A stretch of 64,000 nucleotides of DNA, from contig CAINDP010000034.1 of assembly GCA_903847405.1 (NCBI GenBank), positions 27,950-91,949 of the forward strand, given 5' to 3'. Positions 1-7,778 of this stretch are shown piece by piece. The position numbers and the translations under genes were made by a program. Position 1 is the first letter of the stretch; each line of letters starts with the position of its first letter. The notes under the pieces are model-generated. The model had not been told where the DNA came from. It did not search any database and worked only from the letters and a program-made list of their open reading frames with translations. The stretch comes from an uncultured Myxococcales bacterium (GTDB lineage: Bacteria > Myxococcota_A > UBA9042 > DTJE01).

Positions 1-1
1 T

Positions 2-442
2 CAGCAGGAGGGTGTTTTCCCGGGCCAGTTCGTCGGTCCGGCGATCCAGATCCTTCACGTCGTTCTGCAGACGCAGGACCTCCCGGTTCGCGATTTCGCG
101 GATTTCACCCAGCAGCAGGCCCAGCAGGATGAACAGGTAGGCGGGGATGAACTGGCTCCATTCGGCCGTCAGGCGAAGCCCCCCCAGGTCCTTGTTCCAG
201 AAGAGGTATCCAATGTAGACGGCCGCGGACAGGAGGCCCGTGACGAAGCCGTCGAAGGTGCCGTACCGCGAGGCGATCAGGATCACCAGGAACAGGAAGG
301 GATGCGGACTGACGGTCAGGTACCCCGGATCGTCCGGGAAGAAGGCGGCGTTCAGCGCCACCAGCATCGCCAGGCCCAGCAATGCCTCGATGAGGCTCTC
401 GATCTGCCGGGAGTACCGGCTGGTCGAAACGCTCTTCGTCAT
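2..442 (-). CDS. PelD-like membrane protein, N-terminal part (runs off the window start)
   Basis: Not in the ORF track. ATG at 442 follows an AGGTGA RBS; it reads MTKSVSTSRYSRQIESLIEALLGLAMLVALNAAFFPDDPGYLTVSPHPFLFLVILIASRYGTFDGF..., giving TM helices then a coiled-coil-like stretch. The PHPF..vlliAsRYG pattern is typical of PelD N-termini, and it lies directly downstream of the DUF2194 gene. Confidence 0.65.
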   Translation of the reverse strand, partial: MTKSVSTSRYSRQIESLIEALLGLAMLVALNAAFFPDDPGYLTVSPHPFLFLVILIASRYGTFDGFVTGLLSAAVYIGYLFWNKDLGGLRLTAEWSQFIPAYLFILLGLLLGEIREIANREVLRLQNDVKDLDRRTDELARENTLLL

Positions 443-444
443 GG

Positions 445-2958
445 TCACCTCGCTGCCAGGGCGCGAACGCCCGAATCGGCGCCGCCCTCGCATCCCACGA
501 CCAGGATCCGCCGGTCCATCCGGACCACGTGCCGGCCGGACACCGGGTCCGTCACCACCACTTCGCCGCCATCGGCGCCGGCCTTGCAGCCCGCGGGCAG
601 CCGTACCAGAAGGGCCAGCGGGCCTTCCAACCCCGAGGCCCTCGTCACCGTCACCCGGGAGTCGCCCGTCGCCGCCACCGTCAGGCCTGTTTCGCCCAGC
701 CGGCGCACTTCGTCCGCGGCCCGCAGCGCCGTCATCGGGCGCAGGTACGGGAAGCGCCGCTTCATTTCGTCCATCCCGCGGACCCAGGAATCCCGCAGGC
801 GCGGCCACGGAAGGCCGCCCGAGCGCTCGGGGTCCAGGACGTCGTCCGGGTGGACGAAGTGCGTGGACACGACGACCGCCAGCAGGCCGTTCACCATGCC
901 CACGGCGGCCTCGCCCGTCAGCGACATCCCGGCCCAGGTCCGCGGCAGGTCCACCAGCGACGGCTGATCCGGGTCCGGGCCGAAGTCCTGCTCGGCCTCG
1001 ACGTCGGACCCGACGAACACGGACGCCAGCACGCGTACCTGGGGAACGGCGGCGACCAGGGCACGCTTGCCCGCCGCGTCGATCCAGTCGTTCGGGGGGA
1101 CGTAGACGACCGGGACGTTCTGGGGGCCGAACGTGGCATCGAACGCCCGGCCGGCCGCTTCCAGTTGGGCCCGCAGGGCGGCATCGTCCGGGAAGGGGCG
1201 GGTGACGCCGCCCGACAGGCCGGGCGAAACGTGGGTCATGCCGTGGAGTCCCACGGGAAAGTCGTCCGCGACGATCTGCGCCGCCAGTTCCCGCGAAGCG
1301 TCCCCGGTCGGTCCCGGCCAGGGCGGGCCGTAGGGCCCCGTGACGCGGTCGTCATACGTGAACATGGCGAGGAAGGTGGGCCGCGCGCCCAGGCGCTTCG
1401 ATGCATCCCGGAGGGTCCCGTAAAAATCGTCCCGGTAGAAGGCGGCGTCGGTCTTGCCCAGGGACGGCACGACGGCGCCGGTCATCGGGAGGGGGCAGTC
1501 GTCCACGAATTCCACGGTGGCGGCCAGGATCGGCATGGCCCAGCGGCCCTCGACGTCCAGCAGCGCCTGCACCATCACGCCCAGGGAGGCGCGGTCGGTC
1601 AGTTCGTAGGCGTTCAATGTCGCCACTTCGCCCCGGCCGGACGGGCAGCGCCACCACATCGGGATGTCGCCCTCGGGCGTGACGGCGTGGGCCGCGACGG
1701 TGCAGCGGGACGGCAGAACGGCCCGCAGGCCGGTGAACGCCGGCGTCGGAAGGTCGATGACGAACCCGCCCAGGCCGGGGAACGAGGCGGCCTCGAAGCG
1801 CAGACGGGACGCCTTGTAGGGCACCGGCGCCCCCCCCTCGTGGCCGAAGGCCGCCGCCAGGGGACGATCGCGGACCGGCAGCACGGACAGGGCCCGGCCG
1901 CCACCGGCCGCATGGTTGCGCACCAGGCCGGCCAGGTAGTCGTCCAGCGGCGAGGGCACCTCGGGCAGGGCCAGGACGATCCCGGCATAGGACGCCAGAT
2001 CCATGGGGCGCAGGGCCGATGCCGCGCCGACCGCCACGGTGGCCAGCGGCACCCCGGCATATGCCGCAGCCGTGCGCACCGCGGCCAGCGCCCGGCGGCT
2101 GTCCTCGGCGGCAGGGTCCACCACCACCAGGAGGGTGGCGGGCGCCGCGGGTCGGCGGGCCAGGGCCGCATGCAGGAACGCGTCCAAGTCCAGGTGCGAC
2201 ACGCGGGCATCCGCCAGCATGTCGTCGGCGGACAGGTAGCGGGACAGGGCCATCGCCCCGGTGCTGCTGGCGAACACCAGCGCCGAGGGCGGCAGGACGG
2301 CGTCGGTGCGCTGCCCGGACACCAGGACGCGGACGTCCGGGCGGGCCGGCGAGAACTGGTAGAAATGCCGGGTCACGGAGGAGGTCACCGCCTCGGGGGG
2401 ACCCAGGGACGGATCCAGGACGCCCACCCGGAACTTCGCCGGGTCGTCCGTCCACCAGGCCTCGTAGCGCACGCCCAGGGCCAGGAAGGCCCGGTTGACG
2501 ACGTCCGCCGCCAGGAAGGTTCCCGTCCCGGCGTCCTGGAAGGCGCCGAACGCCCCGATCACCACGACGCGCACGCCCGACTCGGAGGTTTCCCGCAGGA
2601 ATTCCACCAGGTCGCGGGCACGGGGGATGCGGCCGTCCTTGAAGCCCGTGATCACGGCCCGGGCGCCCGCGACGTCGGTCGCGGACGGGGGGCCGCCGGC
2701 GGCATCGCGCCACTCCACCAGGAATCCCTGGCGGCGCAGCGCATCCGCCACGGCGCCCGACAACGGGTTGTGCTGGACGGTCGAGCCCTCGGTGGAATCG
2801 AACAGGCAGACCACGCGATCCCCGGGGACCAGCGGGTTGACGGCGACGGAACGAAGCGCCCGGGCGCCCGCCGGAACCGCGAAGACCACCGCAGCCGCCA
2901 TGACGGCAGCGACGCGCCTCCCTCGGTCACCGGAAAGCCCTGAAGGCGCCCGCACCAT
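445..2958 (-). CDS. DUF2194-family PelA-like polysaccharide deacetylase-type protein
   Basis: ATG at 2958 after GGAGG; N-terminal signal/TM segment. The C-terminal half has FVDDCPLP, GLHGMTH, YVPPND and HFVHPDDVLDPERS motifs, as in DUF2194 (PelA deacetylase-like) proteins. Confidence 0.7.
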   Translation of the reverse strand: MVRAPSGLSGDRGRRVAAVMAAAVVFAVPAGARALRSVAVNPLVPGDRVVCLFDSTEGSTVQHNPLSGAVADALRRQGFLVEWRDAAGGPPSATDVAGARAVITGFKDGRIPRARDLVEFLRETSESGVRVVVIGAFGAFQDAGTGTFLAADVVNRAFLALGVRYEAWWTDDPAKFRVGVLDPSLGPPEAVTSSVTRHFYQFSPARPDVRVLVSGQRTDAVLPPSALVFASSTGAMALSRYLSADDMLADARVSHLDLDAFLHAALARRPAAPATLLVVVDPAAEDSRRALAAVRTAAAYAGVPLATVAVGAASALRPMDLASYAGIVLALPEVPSPLDDYLAGLVRNHAAGGGRALSVLPVRDRPLAAAFGHEGGAPVPYKASRLRFEAASFPGLGGFVIDLPTPAFTGLRAVLPSRCTVAAHAVTPEGDIPMWWRCPSGRGEVATLNAYELTDRASLGVMVQALLDVEGRWAMPILAATVEFVDDCPLPMTGAVVPSLGKTDAAFYRDDFYGTLRDASKRLGARPTFLAMFTYDDRVTGPYGPPWPGPTGDASRELAAQIVADDFPVGLHGMTHVSPGLSGGVTRPFPDDAALRAQLEAAGRAFDATFGPQNVPVVYVPPNDWIDAAGKRALVAAVPQVRVLASVFVGSDVEAEQDFGPDPDQPSLVDLPRTWAGMSLTGEAAVGMVNGLLAVVVSTHFVHPDDVLDPERSGGLPWPRLRDSWVRGMDEMKRRFPYLRPMTALRAADEVRRLGETGLTVAATGDSRVTVTRASGLEGPLALLVRLPAGCKAGADGGEVVVTDPVSGRHVVRMDRRILVVGCEGGADSGVRALAAR

Positions 2959-3025
2959 CCGATCGTCCTCCGTCACCGGTTCCGTCCGGGTCCCGCACCG
3001 CGCCGGACCCGGGGACTGGCCCCGG

Positions 3026-5188
3026 TCACGCCTTTTCGCGGCCGTCGCGGGCCAGGGCACGCAGGCGCAGGACCACCAGCAGGACGAGGACCGGCGTGAG
3101 GATGAAGAAGACCAGGTAGGCCATGTTGTACCGCGACGGCGCCGGGGCCGGCTGCGGCACCTCCAGCACGGGCACCATCTTGCCGTCCTTTTCCTCGAAG
3201 CGGACCTTGGCCGGGTCGAACTGGGCGACCGGGTCGGCCTGGGTGGGCGGCAGCAGGACCTTCAGTTCGTCGTCGGAGGTGGCGGCGGCCAGCGTGCCGC
3301 GAACCCACTCCACCTTGCCGGGCGCGTACAGGTGCGGCGCGGCCAGGCCGATCTCGTCGTCCGACCGGCCCGTGACCGCCAGGACCTTGCGCCCGCCGTC
3401 GGGCATGCGCACCAGGGACAGGAAGCCCGCCGTGTTCAGGATGTCCCCCCGGCCCTGGATTTCCCGGCCGGACAGTTCCTTCGGCAGGGTCGTCGACCAC
3501 AGGGGATCCGGGAGCATCGCCCCGAGGGGCCCGACGACCAGCAGGTTCAAGGTCGACTTCTGGGCGGCCGTCAACTGCTTCGCGGACGTGAACAGGAGGT
3601 CCACCCAGTTGGGCGACCGCAGGCTCTGGCTGAGGTAGGCGACGATGTTGAAAGCCGCCGACATCGCGCCGTCGCTGAGCGGGTCCATCACGACCACGCC
3701 CAGCCTGTCGAAGCGATTCCACCGCAGGAACATGTAGGGGTAGTTCGCCAGCGTTTCGTCGGACGCCGAATCCACGGGCAGGTACAGCAGGGTGTCGTTG
3801 TGCAGCGTGAACCAGGCCATTTCGGGGTGGTTGTAGTAGCAGTCCGGATCCCCGATATCCAGGAACAGTTCCATTTCAAAGGTCAGGAAGCGCGTGTTCA
3901 GGTACTGCAGCGGGATCTTGATGTCCCAGGTGTTCCGGGGCGCGGTGTCCTTGGTCAGGCGCAGGCTGCGGACCGGCTCCCCGTTGACCTTCACCAGCAG
4001 CGAGGAGGACTGCGGCAGCAGCAGTTCGCTGTGGCTCATCGCGACGCGCAGGAACGCGCCGTCCTTCACCTTGCCCACGAAGGGGTTCGGCATCGTGAAC
4101 GTGATGGAATGGTAGAACTTTCCGCGGGCCTGCAGGTCGGTCATCTTGAGGTCCTGCAGACGGACCATGAAGGCCGCGTCCTGGCGCCCGTCGGCCGCCG
4201 CCTCGAAGACCGGGGGCTTGTCGAACGTCACCGAGGGCCCCTTCAGGTTGCGCACGGTGGCCGGGGTCTTCAGGTGGTCCGACACCAGCTTGAGGGCCGC
4301 GTCGTCACGGCCGGTGGCGACCAGCAGCCGGCGGTAGGGGTTGAAGGGCGACTTGAACTCCATGAGGGCGCCGCCGGGCTCGCCGGCCACGGTGTCCAGG
4401 GGCAGCGGAATGCGCCAGGGCGAGCCGGTCAGACGCTTCACGAACTCCAGCCCGCCGGCCACGATGATCTGGCGCGACTTCAGGTCCGCCGGATCGACCC
4501 GATCGGCCGCGACCACCCGGAACCCGCCCGCGCCCAGGCCCACGTCCTGGCCCAGGACCACCGCCAGGGCGCCGACCAGGTCCAGCTCGGCCGCCGTCGG
4601 GGCCGACGGGACCACGATGACCGCGTGGATCTTTTCCTTGTCCTTCGTGTACAGCAGGTCGGGATTCGCGTAGTCCGACGGGAACTTGTCCAGGTCCGGG
4701 ACGATTTCCTTTTCGGTGTAGGGCACCTGCAGCCGGGATTCCTTTTCCAGCAGGGTCCACAGCGCCGGGTTGTGCACGTCGTCGCACAGGTCCTTCAGGT
4801 CGGACCGCATCTTGACGACCAGCGTCAGGACGTTCATCCCGCCCTTCAGCAGCTTCCCGGGAACCTGCACCACCAGCTGGGCGTTCCGCAGGTTGCCGTT
4901 GTCCAGGTAGACGCTTTCGATGGGACTGCCGTTCACCTGGACGCTCAGCGTGGACAGCTGGCGCACGACGATCGGCGTGTGCGAGAACCGCAGGTCCAGG
5001 GTCGCCGGCTCCGGGAACTCCCAGTCCTCCGACAGCTCGAACCAGAATTCCTTGGTGACGTAGACACCCTTCACCGTCGAGTTCGCGCCGGACATGAAGT
5101 CGATGGTCACGCCTCGGGCGAAGGCGGACAGCGACCCCAGGAGGGTCATCGCGAACATCGCGGAAACCAGCAAGCGTCGAAACTTCAT
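3026..5188 (-). CDS. BcsB-like periplasmic polysaccharide copolymerase subunit
   Basis: Signal peptide; two repeats of the BcsB pattern (L.FSH(T/S)..l....S.L.V.VNG.P(I/V).S..L); CDDVHNPALW motif; single C-terminal TM anchor. Confidence 0.75.
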   Translation of the reverse strand: MKFRRLLVSAMFAMTLLGSLSAFARGVTIDFMSGANSTVKGVYVTKEFWFELSEDWEFPEPATLDLRFSHTPIVVRQLSTLSVQVNGSPIESVYLDNGNLRNAQLVVQVPGKLLKGGMNVLTLVVKMRSDLKDLCDDVHNPALWTLLEKESRLQVPYTEKEIVPDLDKFPSDYANPDLLYTKDKEKIHAVIVVPSAPTAAELDLVGALAVVLGQDVGLGAGGFRVVAADRVDPADLKSRQIIVAGGLEFVKRLTGSPWRIPLPLDTVAGEPGGALMEFKSPFNPYRRLLVATGRDDAALKLVSDHLKTPATVRNLKGPSVTFDKPPVFEAAADGRQDAAFMVRLQDLKMTDLQARGKFYHSITFTMPNPFVGKVKDGAFLRVAMSHSELLLPQSSSLLVKVNGEPVRSLRLTKDTAPRNTWDIKIPLQYLNTRFLTFEMELFLDIGDPDCYYNHPEMAWFTLHNDTLLYLPVDSASDETLANYPYMFLRWNRFDRLGVVVMDPLSDGAMSAAFNIVAYLSQSLRSPNWVDLLFTSAKQLTAAQKSTLNLLVVGPLGAMLPDPLWSTTLPKELSGREIQGRGDILNTAGFLSLVRMPDGGRKVLAVTGRSDDEIGLAAPHLYAPGKVEWVRGTLAAATSDDELKVLLPPTQADPVAQFDPAKVRFEEKDGKMVPVLEVPQPAPAPSRYNMAYLVFFILTPVLVLLVVLRLRALARDGREKA

Positions 5189-5302
5189 GCGTCACCCCCT
5201 GATCGGTCTGGCCGCAGCCCACGGAGGAGGAGGCGATCGCCCCTGGCGAATCGTTCCCCGCGCGCCCGCATGGGCTGTCAGCGTTCGAACTCCGTGCGGG
5301 GG

Positions 5303-5331
5303 ATTATAGACGCGCACGCAACCGAGGTAAA
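5303..5331 (-). promoter_or_regulatory. Sigma70-like promoter of the bcsB/pel operon
   Basis: Minus strand TTTACC-17 bp-TATAAT, about 115 bp upstream of the ATG at 5188. Confidence 0.5.
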
Positions 5332-5406
5332 GCCTCAACATCCAGACAGGTTTCGGATGGTTGCATCGACCGACATCGGGAGGGAAGTCGCGGGTGGGGC
5401 ACGGGA

Positions 5407-6438
5407 TCAGGCGCGAACCGGGAATCGGCGGCGCAGCATCGGGATCAGCGCACCCAGGGCCAGAAGCATCAGGGCCAGGGGCGAACCGGCGCCGGGCGAG
5501 GACTGGCAGCCGCTGCCGCCGGAGGGCGTGGCGGCGGCGCTCTCGGCGGCGCCGGGAGTGGCCGGGGGCGTCGTGACGTCGCCGTCCTTGCCGGTCGTGA
5601 TCACGTCGCCGGTGTTGACCGGCACGCTGGTGTCCGGTTCCGGGGTGCCGGTGGCATACCCGATGGCCGCCCAGCCCGTGGGCAGGCAGACCTTCTCGGC
5701 GGTCGGGGCCGGGCAGTTGCAGGTGTCGCACGGGCAGTCCGGCGTGTCCGGGGCGCACGCGCAGGCCGGGCAGGCGCAGTCGCCCCCGGTCGTCCGCTGG
5801 ATGCACTCGAATCCGGCGGCGCAATCGGCGTCGGCGATGCACGCCGTTTCCTTCGGCTGGCACCACGAACCCGTCGTCTGGCACGTCGGCTCGGTGGGCT
5901 CGGGGCAGTCGCAGGCGGGGCACTCCGAATCCGGGGCGCAGGGCGCGCAGGCGCAGGACGTCCCGCTGCAGACTTCCTCGGCCTTGCAGGCCCAGCCGTC
6001 CTTGCAGTCGCCGTCGGCGGCGCACTGGACCGGGTGATACACGCAGAAATTGCCGGTGGTCGGCGTGCAGGTGAACTGCACGTCGCACGACGGGCACTCG
6101 CAAGGCAGGCACTCGCCCTCGGCCGGGCAGGCGCAGGTGCAGGGCGAGCATCCGCCCGAGACACAGGGAATTTCGACCGGGTCGCACGTGAATCCCGTCG
6201 GACAGTCCGCGTCTGCGGCGCAACTGCCGTCCCAGGGCGCGGCAACGCAGAACCCCTGGACGTCGCAGGCGGTCGCGTCCGGGCAGTCGGAATCGGGTGC
6301 GCAGGCCGGGACGCTGCAGGGGGCCGCCATGCAGACCTGGCCCTTGGCGCAGTCGCTGTCGACCGTGCACGGCGCGTCGGCTCCGCGAGCCGGGACGGCC
6401 AGGAACAACAGGGTCGCGAGCGTCAGCGTGAACTTCAT
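5407..6438 (-). CDS. Secreted Cys-rich repeat protein with MYXO-CTERM-like tail
   Basis: ATG at 6438 after GGAGG; signal peptide; repeated CxxDxDC and CxCxxCxC units; C-terminus GGSGCQSSPGAGSPLALMLLALGALIPMLRRR. Confidence 0.75.
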   Translation of the reverse strand: MKFTLTLATLLFLAVPARGADAPCTVDSDCAKGQVCMAAPCSVPACAPDSDCPDATACDVQGFCVAAPWDGSCAADADCPTGFTCDPVEIPCVSGGCSPCTCACPAEGECLPCECPSCDVQFTCTPTTGNFCVYHPVQCAADGDCKDGWACKAEEVCSGTSCACAPCAPDSECPACDCPEPTEPTCQTTGSWCQPKETACIADADCAAGFECIQRTTGGDCACPACACAPDTPDCPCDTCNCPAPTAEKVCLPTGWAAIGYATGTPEPDTSVPVNTGDVITTGKDGDVTTPPATPGAAESAAATPSGGSGCQSSPGAGSPLALMLLALGALIPMLRRRFPVRA

Positions 6439-6520
6439 GGAGGCCTCCTCCCCGCGCGCGGCGGGTTGCGTTCCAGGAAGATTGTACGCGCTTTCCGGGA
6501 CGTTGACGACCGGGGAGGCC

Positions 6521-7696
6521 TCAGAACGTGAACGAAACGCGGGTGAGGATGTTGTACTTCGACAGCCGGCCGATGGGCACCCCGCCAATCACCGTCGTAT
6601 CCGGCCGCTCGGCGGTCCAGACCGGCGCCTCGACGGCCACGGCCAGCCGGAAGAAGGCGATCTTGAACTGGAGTCCGCCCGTGAAGTACAGGGCGTTGTA
6701 GGCCGTGGCATTGGCCAGGGGGACCAGGCCGTTCAGTTCGGCCAGGACGTTCAGGAAGAACGAGGGGAACAGCACCATGCCCAGGCCGTACTTCAGCACG
6801 TGCACCGAGTCCGCGGGCGGGGCGTCGCGCACGCCCACCTGGGCCAGGTACTCCAGGTGCGCCATCAGCAGGATCCACTGGGCGGCATCCAGCCCCAGCA
6901 CGATGTAGGGCGCCAGCCCCAGGTACTGATGCATGGTCTTGGGCGCCTGGAACAGGTCGGCGCGCAGCGACTCGTCGGCCGTGCGGGTGCCCGTCGGCAG
7001 GTAGGCGGACAGGCCTCCCGTGACCCCGTACGAAACGCTGCCCTTCGTCCAGATCCCGCCGGACCGGAGATCCAGCGTGACGTTGCCCAGGCTGGCGTCG
7101 GTGCCGCCGCTGCGGATGCGCAGCATGAAGGGAAAGGACGCGCCGACCTCGATGTACTTCGTGTTGACGCGGACGAACGGCTCCATCAACAGGTTCACGG
7201 AATTTTCGGCCCTCGAGGCGATCCGGGCGGCGTAGACGGCGTCCTGTCGCTGCTGGGGCGTCGCCTCGCTGATGTGGGTCACGACCTGCGCACGGACGTT
7301 CGGGTCCGTCACGCCCGCGGCCTTCAGGGCGGCATCCAGTTGCGCCGGGGTCATCTGGGCGGCGGCCTGCACCTGGTTCCAGGTGGCGTCGGGGACGTTC
7401 TTCAACTGCTCCATGGCCGTGTTCACGTCCGTGGCGCAAGTCACGTCGCCGGGGGACGCCTGCTGGCACTGCTGGATGGCCTTGTTCTTGATGTCGTCCT
7501 TCAGGTAGCCCAGCACGGCCGACATGGGCGACGTTCCCACGCTGAGGCCGAACTGGACGGTCTGGCTTTCCTTCGGGGGCTTGATGCCGCGACCCGTCAT
7601 CAGTTCGGCCCCGCCGAAGGGCTTCGGCTTCCCGAGGGCCGGGGACGCGACGCACAGGACGATCGCCAGGGCGGGGGCCAGCAGGCGGGATCGCAT
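6521..7696 (-). CDS. Putative outer-membrane beta-barrel protein
   Basis: Signal peptide, helical N-terminal domain, amphipathic beta-strands, and a terminal RVSFTF resembling a BAM beta-signal. Confidence 0.55.
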   Translation of the reverse strand: MRSRLLAPALAIVLCVASPALGKPKPFGGAELMTGRGIKPPKESQTVQFGLSVGTSPMSAVLGYLKDDIKNKAIQQCQQASPGDVTCATDVNTAMEQLKNVPDATWNQVQAAAQMTPAQLDAALKAAGVTDPNVRAQVVTHISEATPQQRQDAVYAARIASRAENSVNLLMEPFVRVNTKYIEVGASFPFMLRIRSGGTDASLGNVTLDLRSGGIWTKGSVSYGVTGGLSAYLPTGTRTADESLRADLFQAPKTMHQYLGLAPYIVLGLDAAQWILLMAHLEYLAQVGVRDAPPADSVHVLKYGLGMVLFPSFFLNVLAELNGLVPLANATAYNALYFTGGLQFKIAFFRLAVAVEAPVWTAERPDTTVIGGVPIGRLSKYNILTRVSFTF

Positions 7697-7778
7697 CGGG
7701 CACCTTTTCGTCGGGCAGGGCCCGGAGTGGACATCATTCTAGTGAATCGGGGGCCGGGGTGGGAAGTCGGCGCAGGCC

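Noticed and set aside
5189-5300. c-di-GMP riboswitch in the leader of the EPS operon
   Set aside because: No recognisable GEMM-I or GEMM-II consensus elements.
2495-6037. Long antisense or alternate-frame ORFs (e.g. 2495-6037 +, 7812-10490 +, 60020-63703 -)
   Set aside because: They are shadows of real genes caused by high GC and few stop codons; the translations are Arg/Pro/Gly-rich with no family motifs.
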